The notes: generated from the sequence alone by a model not told the origin. Shown: positions 32,364 to 42,796, counted from the first letter of the stretch. The stretch: 64,000 bases of DNA from an uncultured Chloroflexia bacterium (GCA_963813535.1 CAWEZH010000002.1:64001-128000); one strand, 5' to 3'. Program-made: numbers and translations.

Positions 32364-33356
32364 ATGATCGAACAACTCGAGAACCCGCAGATCGAGTCAG
32401 TCGAGGAAGTCGGCACGTACGCCAAGTACGAGGCCGGTCCTCTCCAGGCTGGCTATGGCGTCACCCTCGGCAACGCGCTCCGACGGGTCCTGCTGTCGTC
32501 GCTCGAAGGCGCGGCGGTCACGAGCATCCAGATCCGCGACGTTTACCAGGAGTTCTCGACGATCCCGGGCGTCAAGGAAGACGTCACCCAGATCGTCCTG
32601 AACGTCAAGAAGCTCCGGCTCAAGAGCTTCGCCGCCCACCCCGTCCAACTCCGCCTCATCAAGAGCGGTGCCGGCGCGGTAACGGCCTCGGACGTCGCCG
32701 AGTCGGCCGACGTCGAGATCATCAACCCCGACCTCGTCCTCATGACGATCGACACCGACGACGTGACGATCGAGATGGATCTCACGGTCGAGCGCGGCGT
32801 CGGCTATCTCGGCGCCGAGCGTGCCGAGGCGCTGCCGATCGGCGTGATCGCGGTCGACGCGATCTTCACGCCCGTCCGCAAGGTCAACTACTGGGTCGAG
32901 AGCATGCGGGTGGGTCAGATGACCAACTTCGACAAGCTCACGATCGAGATCGAGACCGACGGGACGATCAGCCCGGAGGAGGCGCTCAGCCGGTCGGCCG
33001 AGGTCCTCGTCAACCAGTTCCGCCCATTCGTCACGGTCGGCATGGCAGCCGTGCCGGCCGCGGCGGCCACGGGCGTCGCTGCGCTCCCGCCGAACATGCT
33101 CGACATGCCCATCGAGGAGCTCGACCTCCCGATGCGGGCCTACAACTCGCTCAAGCGCAACAACATCGTCAAGGTCGGCCAGCTCCTGCAGCTCAAGGAC
33201 GATGACCTGCTGCGCATGCGCAACTTCGGCAAGAAGTCGCTCGACGAGATGAAGGAGCGCCTCCGGATGCGCGGCTTCATCGTTCCGGACGCGGAGGGCG
33301 ACGGCCTCGACGATCTCGACGGCGACGAGCCGTTCGGGGACGAGACCGAGGACTGA
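32364..33356 (+). CDS. rpoA: RNA polymerase alpha subunit
   Basis: GVTLGNALRRVLLSS, RAYNSLKR, RNFGKKS. Confidence 0.98.
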   Translation: MIEQLENPQIESVEEVGTYAKYEAGPLQAGYGVTLGNALRRVLLSSLEGAAVTSIQIRDVYQEFSTIPGVKEDVTQIVLNVKKLRLKSFAAHPVQLRLIKSGAGAVTASDVAESADVEIINPDLVLMTIDTDDVTIEMDLTVERGVGYLGAERAEALPIGVIAVDAIFTPVRKVNYWVESMRVGQMTNFDKLTIEIETDGTISPEEALSRSAEVLVNQFRPFVTVGMAAVPAAAATGVAALPPNMLDMPIEELDLPMRAYNSLKRNNIVKVGQLLQLKDDDLLRMRNFGKKSLDEMKERLRMRGFIVPDAEGDGLDDLDGDEPFGDETED

Positions 33357-33357
33357 C

Positions 33358-33711
33358 GTGGCGCATCGGATCGGCGGTCGCAAGCTCAGCCGCAAGCAGG
33401 GGCCGCGCCTCAGCCTGTTCAAGAACCTGACCGTGTCGGTCCTGCGCTACGAGCGGGTCAAGACCACCGAGGCGAAGGCCAAGGAGATCAGCGGTCGCGT
33501 GGAGAAGGTCATCACGCTGGCCAAGCGCGGCGACCTCGCCGCTCGCCGAGCCGTCGTCGCCCAGTTCCCCAACGAACCACTCGTCGTCAACAAGCTGTTC
33601 GACGAGATCGCGCCCAAATACGCGGACAGGACGTCGGGTTTCACCCGCATCGTCCGCATCGGTCAGCGCCGCGGTGACGCCGCGGAGATCGTCCAGATCG
33701 AACTCGTCTAA
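33358..33711 (+). CDS. rplQ: 50S ribosomal protein L17
   Basis: TTEAKAKE, RRGDAA. Confidence 0.97.
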   Translation: MAHRIGGRKLSRKQGPRLSLFKNLTVSVLRYERVKTTEAKAKEISGRVEKVITLAKRGDLAARRAVVAQFPNEPLVVNKLFDEIAPKYADRTSGFTRIVRIGQRRGDAAEIVQIELV

Positions 33712-33730
33712 ACGAAGCACGCTCGAGAGG

Positions 33731-34507
33731 GTGTCACCGACGCGCTATCGCGCGACGGTCGAATATGACGGAACGGACTTTGCGGGGTTCCAAGTGAACC
33801 CCGGGAAGCGCACCGTTCAGGGGGTCCTGGAAGACGCGCTGGCGCGCCTCGGTGACGGGGTGGTCCGGCGGGTCGACGGGGCCGGTCGCACGGACGCCGG
33901 CGTCCACGCAGCGGGACAGGTGATCGCCTTCTCGTACGGGGGCCGCCTCACGGCGACGGAGCTCGGTGCGGCCCTCGAGGCGATCCTGCCTCGGGACGTC
34001 GCGGTCCGGGACATCCGCCCGGCAGTCGACGGGTTCAACCCCCGCTACGCGGCGCGGTACCGGGAATACCGCTACACCGTCTGGAACGGGCCGCCAAGCC
34101 CGCTTCGCGAGCGCACGGCGCTCGGGCTGCGGGACCCACTCGACGCCGCCGCGATGGCACGAGCCGCGTCGGCCTTCATCGGCCGGCACGACTTCCGAGC
34201 CTTCGGAGCGGGGGACCGATCCCCGGTCCGGACCGTCATGGCGGTCCGGGTCCGACGGTCGGGCCGGTACGTCACCGTCGACGTCCGGGCCGACTCGTTC
34301 CTCCGGGGACAGGTCAGACGGATGGTCGGCCTCCTGTTGGAGGTCGGTCTCGGGACGTCGGGTAGCGAGTCGATCCGGGCGGCACTGGCCGACCCGGGAT
34401 CGGCGACGAAGCCGCCGGCAGCGCCGGCGAAAGGATTGTGCCTCCGGCACGTGGCCCTCGGGCGACGGACCGGCGATGAAACGAACGGAGAACGCGAGCA
34501 ACGATGA
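33731..34507 (+). CDS. truA: tRNA pseudouridine(38-40) synthase
   Basis: [26 protein letters not shown]. Confidence 0.95.
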   Translation: MSPTRYRATVEYDGTDFAGFQVNPGKRTVQGVLEDALARLGDGVVRRVDGAGRTDAGVHAAGQVIAFSYGGRLTATELGAALEAILPRDVAVRDIRPAVDGFNPRYAARYREYRYTVWNGPPSPLRERTALGLRDPLDAAAMARAASAFIGRHDFRAFGAGDRSPVRTVMAVRVRRSGRYVTVDVRADSFLRGQVRRMVGLLLEVGLGTSGSESIRAALADPGSATKPPAAPAKGLCLRHVALGRRTGDETNGEREQR

Positions 34508-34935
34508 ACGCGAAGACCATAGCGGTCCGAGAGAGCGAGATCGAGCGACGCTGGTACGTCGTGGATGCGGCCGACCAGACGCTCGGCCGGCTCGCGTCGC
34601 GCATCGCTCGCGTCCTCGAGGGCAAGCACAAGCCGACCTACCAGCCCAATCTCGACTCCGGCGATCACGTCATCGTGCTGAACGCAAAGAAGATCGCCGT
34701 CACCAGCGACAAGCTCGAAAGCAAGGTCTACGCCCGCCACAGCGGCTATCCGCAGGGCTTCAAGGAGGAGACGCTCGGTCACCTCCTCGAGCGGCGCCCC
34801 GAGGAGGTCATCCGTCGCGCGGTGAAGGGCATGCTGCCGCACAACAGTCTCGGCGCCCAGCAGCTGCGCAAGCTGAAGGTCTATGCCGGTGCCGACCATC
34901 CCCATCAGGCTCAGCAGCCTGAGCCGCTCGCCTGA
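34504..34935 (+). CDS. rplM: 50S ribosomal protein L13
   Basis: WYVVDA, LGRLAS, GKHKP, AVKGMLP. Confidence 0.98.
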   Translation: MNAKTIAVRESEIERRWYVVDAADQTLGRLASRIARVLEGKHKPTYQPNLDSGDHVIVLNAKKIAVTSDKLESKVYARHSGYPQGFKEETLGHLLERRPEEVIRRAVKGMLPHNSLGAQQLRKLKVYAGADHPHQAQQPEPLA

Positions 34936-34952
34936 CGAGGAGCGAAACGACG

Positions 34953-35351
34953 ATGTCCATCCCTGCGTTCTATTCCGGGACCGGCCGCCGCAAGACGGCG
35001 ATCGCCCGCGTCCGCCTCCTGCCCGGCGAGGGTGAGATCGTCGTGAACGGTCGATCGCTCGACGAGCACTTCGGCAACGCCGTCAACGAGGCCGATGTCC
35101 GGATGCCATTCCGGGTGACCGGCACAGAGGGCCGCTTCAACGCGATGATCAAGGTCGAGGGTGGCGGCGTGACCGGCCAGGCCGGCGCGATCCGCCACGG
35201 TATCGCCCGAGCCCTGCTCGAGGTGGATGAGGCGACCAACCGCGTGCCGCTGCGCCAGGCAGGCCTGCTGACGCGCGATCCGCGCATGAAGGAGCGCAAG
35301 AAGTACGGGCTCAAGCGAGCCCGCAAGGCGCCCCAGTACACCAAGCGCTAG
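34953..35351 (+). CDS. rpsI: 30S ribosomal protein S9
   Basis: [23 protein letters not shown]. Confidence 0.98.
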   Translation: MSIPAFYSGTGRRKTAIARVRLLPGEGEIVVNGRSLDEHFGNAVNEADVRMPFRVTGTEGRFNAMIKVEGGGVTGQAGAIRHGIARALLEVDEATNRVPLRQAGLLTRDPRMKERKKYGLKRARKAPQYTKR

Positions 35352-35471
35352 CGCGGCGCGCTGCGCGCCGATCGCGGCGTTGCCGACTGCGGGCGCTCGC
35401 TCACGGACATCAGAGTCCGCTCGCTCACGTCCTCGCCGGCGCCTTGCGCTCGACACGCATCGCGCCGCGCT
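35350..35471. repeat. Palindromic REP/MITE-like element
   Basis: 11-bp terminal inverted repeat AGCGCGGCGCG/CGCGCCGCGCT; internal direct repeat CGCTCGCTCACG (35394, 35418) around a CGGAC/GTCCG hairpin. Confidence 0.55.
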
Positions 35472-35539
35472 CGATCGACCGCGCTCCCAGGACCATCCGG
35501 GGGTGCCGCGGTAGCGATATCGCCCAGTAGAGTGAGCGG

Positions 35540-36505
35540 GTGATGAGCGTCGAGGGGCCACCCACCTCCCTCCGCGGCCGCGATCTCCTGAGCGCGGCGG
35601 ATCTCAGCGCGGCGGACGTCGGGCAAGTCTTCGACACGGCCACCCGGCTCAAGGACGAGTTCCGAGCCGACCGGCGCCACGCCGAGAAGCTGCTCACCGG
35701 GCGGACGCTGGCGATGCTCTTCCAGAAGCCGAGCCTGCGGACGCGGGTCACGTTCGAGGCGGGCATGACCCAGCTCGGTGGCGCGGCGATCTATCTCCCC
35801 GAGGACGCCGTGATGGGCGCCCGCGAGGCGGTGCGCGACGTCGCCCGCAACCTCGAGCGGTTCGTCGATGCCATCGTGGCCCGGACCGGTCCCCACGAGG
35901 TGGTGCTCGAGCTCGCGGCCCAGTCCTCGGTGCCCGTGATCAACGGCCTGACGCTCCGCGAACATCCCTGCCAGGCCCTCGCCGACATCTTCACGATCCG
36001 CGAGCACCTGGGCCGGCTGGACGGGGCCGTCATCACGTTCGTCGGTGACGGCAACAACGTGTACCACTCGCTGGCGCTCGTCGCGGCCGCCTTCGGCATG
36101 GAGGTCCGGCTCGCGCACCCGACCGGGTACGGACCGGATCCCCGGATCGTGGCGGCTGCCCAGGCCCGCGCCGCCGAGTCGGGCGGGCGACTCGTCTTCG
36201 GCCAGGAACCGGAGGAGCTCGTCCACGGCGCGGCCGTGGTCTACACCGATGCCTGGACGTCGATGGGCCAGGAAGTCGAGACCGAGGCGCGGCGCGATGC
36301 GTTCGCGGCCTATCGGATCGACGACGCGTTGATGGATGCCGCCGGTCCCGATGCCGTGGCGATGCACTGCCTGCCCGCCCATCGCGGCGAGGAGATCACG
36401 TCGTCGGTGATGGATGGGCCGCGCAGCCTGATCTTCGAACAATCGGAGAACCGGCTCCACGTGCAGAAGGCACTGCTCGTCGAGCTGATCGGCGCAACGG
36501 CATGA
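35540..36505 (+). CDS. argF: Ornithine carbamoyltransferase
   Basis: KPSLRTR, HPCQALAD, GDGNN, WTSMG, HCLP. Confidence 0.93.
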   Translation: MMSVEGPPTSLRGRDLLSAADLSAADVGQVFDTATRLKDEFRADRRHAEKLLTGRTLAMLFQKPSLRTRVTFEAGMTQLGGAAIYLPEDAVMGAREAVRDVARNLERFVDAIVARTGPHEVVLELAAQSSVPVINGLTLREHPCQALADIFTIREHLGRLDGAVITFVGDGNNVYHSLALVAAAFGMEVRLAHPTGYGPDPRIVAAAQARAAESGGRLVFGQEPEELVHGAAVVYTDAWTSMGQEVETEARRDAFAAYRIDDALMDAAGPDAVAMHCLPAHRGEEITSSVMDGPRSLIFEQSENRLHVQKALLVELIGATA

Positions 36506-37389
36506 CCGACGCCCTGTACGAGCGCTACAAGGAGGCCCTGCGGCGCGGGCATGTCGCGAACCAGCGCGGCCGCCACGACGAGGCCCTCGATGCGTACGGC
36601 GAGGCGGCGCGTCTCGCCCCGGACCGGGCCCTACCACTGGTCGGCATCGGGCAGGTCCTGGTTCGACTCGGCAAGTCGACGGAGGCGCTCTCGGCGTTCG
36701 ACCTCGCGTTGGAGCGGGCACCCACCGACGAGACCGCGTTGCGTGGCCGCGCCGACACGCTGGTGGCGCTCGGTGACCGTATCCGTGCCGCCGCAGCATT
36801 CGACGAAGCCGCGGCGGTCGCCCTGGCGGCCGGTCGACCCGGTGACGCCCTCGATCTCGCGGGCCGGGCGCTGGACCTGGCCGAGGCGCGCAGCCGCCGC
36901 GCGACGCTGCGCTCGATGGTCGAGACGATCGAGGCGGACCCGGTCACGGCCGCGGTCATCCCCGACGCGCTCGATCGGGCGAACGCCCGGCTGGCCGGAC
37001 CCATCGGACCTGAGGCACCGCCCCCGCCGCCGCCGTTCGACCCGGCAGCGGCCATGGCCGCGGTGGAGGATGCCGCCGCGCGCCGTGACGCGGATGGCAC
37101 CCGGGAGGCAGCACTCGCCGCGGCGCACGGCTATCGCGCCGGTGGTCAGGTCCATGCCGCCATCGACGTCTGCTACCAGGCGCTCGCGACGAACCCGTCG
37201 GACACGGCCCTGCATCTGGTCCTCGCCGATCTGTACCTCGACCGTGGTTGGCGGACCGTCGCTGCCGACAAGCTCGTGCTGCTCTCGCACCTCGTCGACC
37301 TCTCGACGGATCGCGAGACGCGCGACCGACTCTGCGAGGTCGCCACCCGCGTGCCCGACGACACGCGCCTGGAGAGCATCTGCGCCTGA
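36502..37389 (+). CDS. TPR-repeat protein
   Basis: Helical TPR-like repeats (ALDAYGEAARLAP, ALSAFDLALERAP, CYQALATNP) split by a Pro-rich linker. Confidence 0.75.
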   Translation: MTDALYERYKEALRRGHVANQRGRHDEALDAYGEAARLAPDRALPLVGIGQVLVRLGKSTEALSAFDLALERAPTDETALRGRADTLVALGDRIRAAAAFDEAAAVALAAGRPGDALDLAGRALDLAEARSRRATLRSMVETIEADPVTAAVIPDALDRANARLAGPIGPEAPPPPPPFDPAAAMAAVEDAAARRDADGTREAALAAAHGYRAGGQVHAAIDVCYQALATNPSDTALHLVLADLYLDRGWRTVAADKLVLLSHLVDLSTDRETRDRLCEVATRVPDDTRLESICA

Positions 37390-37442
37390 CTCCGTCGGCC
37401 ATGAGCCGGTCAGGAGGGGGCGCGATGCTACACTGAGGAACG

Positions 37443-38303
37443 ATGTCGGATCTCTTCGGATCGATCCTCGAACAGGTTCGTCTGACGACCATCGTCGACA
37501 TCGGGATCACCTCCCTCCTGATCTACTGGTTGTTCAGCCTCATCCGTGGGACGCGGGCGGTGCGTCTCGTGATCGGCGTGAGCGTCCTGATCGTGGTGTA
37601 CGTGTTGGCGGTCGCCTTCGGGCTCGAGCTGCTGACCCGGATCCTGCAGGGCGGTGCTGTCGTCGGGCTGTTCGCGCTCGTCGTGATCTTCCAACCCGAG
37701 ATCCGCCGCGCCCTGGAGCGGATCGGACGCGTCGGGTCGTTCGGCTGGGTCCTGCCCGGGGCCGATTCACGATCCGTCGACCATGTCGCCAGCGAGGTCG
37801 CCCGGGCCGCTGCCGAGCTGTCGGCCGAGGGTCACGGGGCGCTCATCGTGATGGAGCGCGAGACCGGCCTGGAGGACACGGCCGAGACCGGCGTGATGAT
37901 CCACGGCGACGTCTCGTCCGACCTCATCCGCACGATCTTCGCTCCGCGTACCGCGCTCCATGATGGCGCGGTGATCATCCGCGGCGAGGCGATCCTGGCG
38001 GCCGGCGTGCTGCTGCCCCTCGCCGAGACCACCGTCCAGGCCGAGCGCTTCGGGACGCGCCACCGGGCCGCCCTCGGTATCGCCGAGCAGACCGATGCGA
38101 TCGTGATCGTCGTCTCGGAGGAGAACGGGCAGATCAGCCTGGTCGAGCGGGCGCGCATCGTGCGCAACCTCAACGAGGCGCAGCTCGTGCGGACCATCCG
38201 CCAGCTCATGGATCCGACCCACGGTCGCCGCCGGCGTGCCCTCAGCGCCTGGCGGTCCACGGCCGAGCCGACCTCCACCTCGGCGGTACGAGCCCCGCGG
38301 TGA
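37443..38303 (+). CDS. cdaA: Diadenylate cyclase CdaA
   Basis: 3 N-terminal TM, FQPEIRRALE, LHDGA, GTRHRAA. Confidence 0.95.
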   Translation: MSDLFGSILEQVRLTTIVDIGITSLLIYWLFSLIRGTRAVRLVIGVSVLIVVYVLAVAFGLELLTRILQGGAVVGLFALVVIFQPEIRRALERIGRVGSFGWVLPGADSRSVDHVASEVARAAAELSAEGHGALIVMERETGLEDTAETGVMIHGDVSSDLIRTIFAPRTALHDGAVIIRGEAILAAGVLLPLAETTVQAERFGTRHRAALGIAEQTDAIVIVVSEENGQISLVERARIVRNLNEAQLVRTIRQLMDPTHGRRRRALSAWRSTAEPTSTSAVRAPR

Positions 38304-39520
38304 CCCGAGCCTTCGGGGTCCTCGTCCACAACTGGCCCCTCAAACTCGCAGCGATCGGACTCGCCTCGTTGCTGTACGGCGGCCTGGTGCTGTCGCAGAG
38401 CTCGGCCACGTTGACCGGGGTCGTGCGGGTCGACGTGCGCGAGCAGCCGCCCGACACGTTCCTGCTCACGACGATCCGGCCGGTCACCGAGATCCGCTAC
38501 TTCAGCCCGTCGAACGTCCGCCCCATCTCGTCCGACTTCGAGGCATGGGTCGACCTCAGCGACGTCGCGCCGGGCAGTGGGCGGCAGAGCGTCCCGGTCC
38601 AGCTGCGCTCGATCGACCCACGCGTCCGCGTCCTCGGGTTCGAGCCCCAGAACGCGACCGTCGAGCTCGATAGCGTTGGAACCAAGACCGTCCCGGTCCA
38701 GATCGATCACGGCGATGCCCCGCCGAACATGACGTTGGGTGCCGCGACGTCCGATCCGTCAGACGTCAGCGTCATCGGACCCGAGTCGGTGCTCGGTCGC
38801 GTGGTGGCCGCCCGCGCCAGCGTGATCATCCAGCCGTCCGGCCTCGACGTCGCCGAGGACGTCGAGCTCCTCGCGGTCGACAGCGTCGGCGACGTCGTGC
38901 CGCAGGTCCGGGTCGAACCCGCCACGGCGCACATCGATATCTCGGTGATCTCGAAGCTCCAGTCGAAGACCTTGCCGGTCAGTCCGCAGATCACGGGCTC
39001 GCCGGCGGCCGGCTACGAGGTGGTCTCGGCCAGCGTGGAACCCCTGTTCGTCACCGTCGAGGGCGATGCGGACGAGCTCGAAGTCCTCGCGAGCGCGGAC
39101 ACCCAGCCCATCCCGATCGCCGGCTACTCTGCGTCGCGGACCGTGGAGGTCGGGCTGGCCCTGCCGACGGGCGTCATCGCCGTCGACGCGCAGCAGGTCG
39201 CGGTGACCGTCGACGTCCGGGCGGTGACCGGTACCCGGAGCTTCGAGGTGGGTGTCCGGACCCTCGGCGTGAAGCCCGAGTACGAGTACGGGGTCGCCGT
39301 CGACCGCGTGCTGCTCACGGTCGGCGGCAGTCCCGCCGACCTCGACCGGATCGTGGGCGCCACGCTCGCTGCGGACCTCGACGTCTCGTCGCTGGGGCCC
39401 GGTACGACGAATGTCACGGTCAAAGCGACATTGCCGGCTGGGGTCACGCTCGCCGCCGCCAGTCCGCCACAGGTCGCCGTCACGGTGACCGTCCGTCCCA
39501 GCCCACCACCGCCGGCCTGA
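38300..39520 (+). CDS. cdaR: CdaR/YbbR-domain protein
   Basis: NWPLKL N-terminal anchor, repeated beta-rich YbbR-like domains; cdaA-cdaR-glmM synteny. Confidence 0.88.
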   Translation: MTRAFGVLVHNWPLKLAAIGLASLLYGGLVLSQSSATLTGVVRVDVREQPPDTFLLTTIRPVTEIRYFSPSNVRPISSDFEAWVDLSDVAPGSGRQSVPVQLRSIDPRVRVLGFEPQNATVELDSVGTKTVPVQIDHGDAPPNMTLGAATSDPSDVSVIGPESVLGRVVAARASVIIQPSGLDVAEDVELLAVDSVGDVVPQVRVEPATAHIDISVISKLQSKTLPVSPQITGSPAAGYEVVSASVEPLFVTVEGDADELEVLASADTQPIPIAGYSASRTVEVGLALPTGVIAVDAQQVAVTVDVRAVTGTRSFEVGVRTLGVKPEYEYGVAVDRVLLTVGGSPADLDRIVGATLAADLDVSSLGPGTTNVTVKATLPAGVTLAAASPPQVAVTVTVRPSPPPPA

Positions 39521-39524
39521 CGGG

Positions 39525-40856
39525 ATGGGACGGCTGTTCGGCACGGATGGGATCCGTGGGGTTGCCAACGTCGACCTGCGGCCGACGACGGCCTATGCAC
39601 TCGGCCGGGCGACCGCCAAGCGGCTCGCCGAACCGGGATCCGCCATCGTCCTCGGCCAGGACACGCGCCGATCAGGTGACATGTTCGTCGCCGCCATCGT
39701 GGCCGGCGCGACGAGTCTCGGGGTCGACGTCCATGTCGTCGGCGTCGTCCCGACGCCGGCGCTGGCGTTCCTGGCACGCTCCGGGCCCTACCGCGCAGGG
39801 ATCATGGTGTCGGCCTCGCACAACCCCGCCGACGACAACGGGCTCAAGGTGCTCGATGCCGATGGCCTCAAGCTCGACAATTCGATCGAAGACGAGCTCG
39901 AGGACATGATCTGGCACGAGGCCGAGCTCGGCGGGGTCGGCAACGCGGAGCTCGGTCGGCGGATCGATGCCGCCGAGACGCTCGTGTCGTACATGGATCA
40001 CCGTCGCGGGCTCGCGGGCTCGATCGATGCCAGCGGCATTCACATCGTCCTCGACGGGGCGAACGGCTCCGGCGGCGCGGTTGGCGCGACGATCCTCGAG
40101 ACGACCGGCGCCCGCGTCGAGGCCATCCACGTCGACCCCGACGGGGTCAACATCAACGTCGAGTCGGGGGCGACCTCGCCGGCCGCCCTTGCCCGAGCGG
40201 TCATCGAGCGCGGCGCCGACGTCGGTTTCGCTCTCGACGGCGACGCCGACCGGTTGATCGCGGTCGATGGCGGCGGTCGCATCGTCGACGGTGACCAGGT
40301 GCTCGGGATCCTCGCGCTCGAGCGGCTCGAGCGGAACGCGCTGCCCGGCGGGCTGGTCGTCTCCGTCTTGTCGAATGGCGGCCTCCAGAGCGCGGTCGAG
40401 TCCGCCGGTGGCGAGGTCGTGCGGACGCCCGTCGGCGACAAGTACATCCTCGAGGGAATGCAGGTCGCAGGGGCGACGCTCGGCGGCGAGAAGTCCGGGC
40501 ACGTCATCGTGCTCGAGCACACGACGTCGGGCGATGGCATCGTGACCGCCCTCGAGGTCCTGCGCGTGATGACCAAACGCAACGCGTCGTTGGCGACACT
40601 GGCGGAAGCGATCCCGCTCCTCCCGCAGCAACAGCGGGCGGTCAAGGCTCGTCACAAGGATCAGTGGGAGACAGACCCGACGCTTCGGCGGGCGATCGCC
40701 GACGCCGCAGCCCGTCTTGGCGGCGGTGGACGCGTCCTCGTGCGACCCTCCGGCACCGAGCCCGCGCTGCGGGTCATGGTCGAGGGGCCGGATGAGGCAC
40801 TCGTCACGGAGCTGGCCGACTCGCTCGCGACCCTCGCAGGGGAGCGTCTAAACTAG
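39525..40856 (+). CDS. glmM: Phosphoglucosamine mutase
   Basis: FGTDGIRG, SASHNP, DGDADR, GGEKSGH, VRPSGTEP. Confidence 0.96.
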   Translation: MGRLFGTDGIRGVANVDLRPTTAYALGRATAKRLAEPGSAIVLGQDTRRSGDMFVAAIVAGATSLGVDVHVVGVVPTPALAFLARSGPYRAGIMVSASHNPADDNGLKVLDADGLKLDNSIEDELEDMIWHEAELGGVGNAELGRRIDAAETLVSYMDHRRGLAGSIDASGIHIVLDGANGSGGAVGATILETTGARVEAIHVDPDGVNINVESGATSPAALARAVIERGADVGFALDGDADRLIAVDGGGRIVDGDQVLGILALERLERNALPGGLVVSVLSNGGLQSAVESAGGEVVRTPVGDKYILEGMQVAGATLGGEKSGHVIVLEHTTSGDGIVTALEVLRVMTKRNASLATLAEAIPLLPQQQRAVKARHKDQWETDPTLRRAIADAAARLGGGGRVLVRPSGTEPALRVMVEGPDEALVTELADSLATLAGERLN

Positions 40857-40860
40857 GCCG

Positions 40861-40963
40861 CTTAGCGCCACGGGACTCTCCGAGGGCGGAGGCGACGCTC
40901 CCGGGAGCCATCCGCCCGAGGATTTCGATCCTCCGGATGCAGAATGAACGGAGATCAACGCTG
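40861..40963 (+). promoter_or_regulatory. Structured glmS leader (possible glmS-ribozyme variant)
   Basis: AGCGCC at 40864; stems GGGCGGA/TCCGCCC, GCTCCCGGGAGC, GAGGAT-TTCG-ATCCTC; canonical core not recognisable. Confidence 0.35.
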
Positions 40964-42793
40964 ATGTGCGGCATCGTGGGCTATACGGGACCCCGGGAGG
41001 CGGGTCCCATCCTCATCGAAGGCCTGGCTCGGCTCGAGTACCGCGGATACGACTCCGCGGGGATCGCCCTGGTCGACGACGGGGGCGACCTGTTCGTCGA
41101 GAAGAAGGCCGGCAAACTGGCCAATCTGCGAGCGGCGATCGCCGACCGGACCCCGCACGCCGCGATCGGCCTGGCCCACACCCGCTGGGCGACCCACGGT
41201 CGTCCGAACGATCTGAACGCGCATCCGCACCAGGACTGCACGGGCGAGATCACGGTCATCCACAACGGGATCATCGAGAACTTCCGCGAGCTGCGCGACG
41301 GACTCGAGGCACGTGGTCACCGGCTCACGTCCGAGACCGACACCGAGGCCCTCGCTCACCTCGTCGAGGAGTGCTATCAGGGGGACCTCGCCGATGCGGT
41401 GCGGGGCACGCTCCGGCAGGTCCATGGCGCCTACGCGATCGCGGTCATGCATCGTGGTGAGGGCGACCGGCTGGTCGGCGCGCGCAAGGACGTGCCGCTG
41501 GTGGTCGGCCTCGCCGACGGCGAGACCTTCCTCGCCAGTGACGTCGCGGCGATCCTCGTCCACACGAACCAGGTCGTGTTCCTCGAGGACGGCGACGTGG
41601 CCGACCTGCACCCGGCGGGTGTGACGATCACGAATGTCGACGGCATCCCCCAGCAGCGCGACGTCACGACGATCGACTGGTCGCCCGAGGCGGCGGAGAA
41701 GGGCGGCTACGAGCATTTCATGCTTAAGGAGATCCACGAGCAGCCCCAGTCGCTGCGCCAGGCCATCGCCGGGCGCGTGACCAGCGAGGACCACATCTGG
41801 CTCGAGGAGCTCGAGGGGTTCGAGGAGACGCTGGCCAAGATCGACCGGGTCGAGCTCATCGCCTGCGGGACGGCCTACTACGCCGCGCTCGTCGGGGCGG
41901 CCGCGATCCAGGACTGGATCGGCATCCCGGCACGTGCCACGGTCGGTTCGGAATTCCGCTACAGCCCACCACCCATCGACGAGCGGACGCTGGTCATCTC
42001 GGTCACGCAGTCCGGCGAGACCGCGGACACGATCGCCCCGACCCGCCTCGCGCGCGAGCGCGGCGCGCCGGTCATCGCCGTGACCAATACGGTCGGGAGT
42101 GCGATCACCCGCGAGGCGCATCGCGTGCTGTTCCTCCAGGCAGGGCCCGAGATCGCGGTCGCGGCATCGAAGACGTTCGTCGCCCAGGTGACCACCCTCG
42201 TGATCCTCGCGGCGGCCATCGCCAAGTCACGTGGCGCGCTCGGTCTGGAACAGGAGCAAGAGCTCGGCGCGGCGCTCCACGCGCTGCCGGACGCCGCAGC
42301 GCGCGCGCTCGACAACGCGTCGGGCGTCCAAGATCTCGCGCGTCGGTACGTCAATTCGCGCGGCTTCATGTTCGTCGGCCGTGGCTATACCTATCCGACC
42401 GCGCTCGAGGGTGCCCTGAAGCTCAAGGAGGTCAGCTACGTCCATGCCGAGGGGTACGCCGCAGGCGAGATGAAGCACGGCCCCATCTCGCTGCTCGACG
42501 CCGAATGCCCGCTCGTCGCCGTGGCGACCCGTTCCTCCGTTTACGACAAGCTGGTCTCGAACGTGATGGAGGGTCGAGCTCGCGACGCCCGCGTCATCGC
42601 CGTCGCGACGGAGGGCGACCCCCAGATCGAGCGCTTCGCCGACGACATCTGCTGGGTGCCGGACACGCACGAGGCACTCAGCTCGGTGCTGGCGATCATC
42701 CCGCTCCAGCTGTTCGCCTACCACGTGGCGATCGCCCGTGGCACGGACGTGGATCAGCCGCGCAACCTGGCAAAGTCGGTCACGGTCGAGTAG
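40964..42793 (+). CDS. glmS: Glutamine-fructose-6-phosphate transaminase
   Basis: MCGIVG, HTRWATHG, PRNLAKSVTVE. Confidence 0.98.
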   Translation: MCGIVGYTGPREAGPILIEGLARLEYRGYDSAGIALVDDGGDLFVEKKAGKLANLRAAIADRTPHAAIGLAHTRWATHGRPNDLNAHPHQDCTGEITVIHNGIIENFRELRDGLEARGHRLTSETDTEALAHLVEECYQGDLADAVRGTLRQVHGAYAIAVMHRGEGDRLVGARKDVPLVVGLADGETFLASDVAAILVHTNQVVFLEDGDVADLHPAGVTITNVDGIPQQRDVTTIDWSPEAAEKGGYEHFMLKEIHEQPQSLRQAIAGRVTSEDHIWLEELEGFEETLAKIDRVELIACGTAYYAALVGAAAIQDWIGIPARATVGSEFRYSPPPIDERTLVISVTQSGETADTIAPTRLARERGAPVIAVTNTVGSAITREAHRVLFLQAGPEIAVAASKTFVAQVTTLVILAAAIAKSRGALGLEQEQELGAALHALPDAAARALDNASGVQDLARRYVNSRGFMFVGRGYTYPTALEGALKLKEVSYVHAEGYAAGEMKHGPISLLDAECPLVAVATRSSVYDKLVSNVMEGRARDARVIAVATEGDPQIERFADDICWVPDTHEALSSVLAIIPLQLFAYHVAIARGTDVDQPRNLAKSVTVE

Positions 42794-42796
42794 ACG

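Noticed and set aside
35720-35750. SLRT motif suggesting acetyl- or succinyl-ornithine transcarbamylase
   Set aside because: SMG loop, DGNN and HCLPA are standard OTC features.
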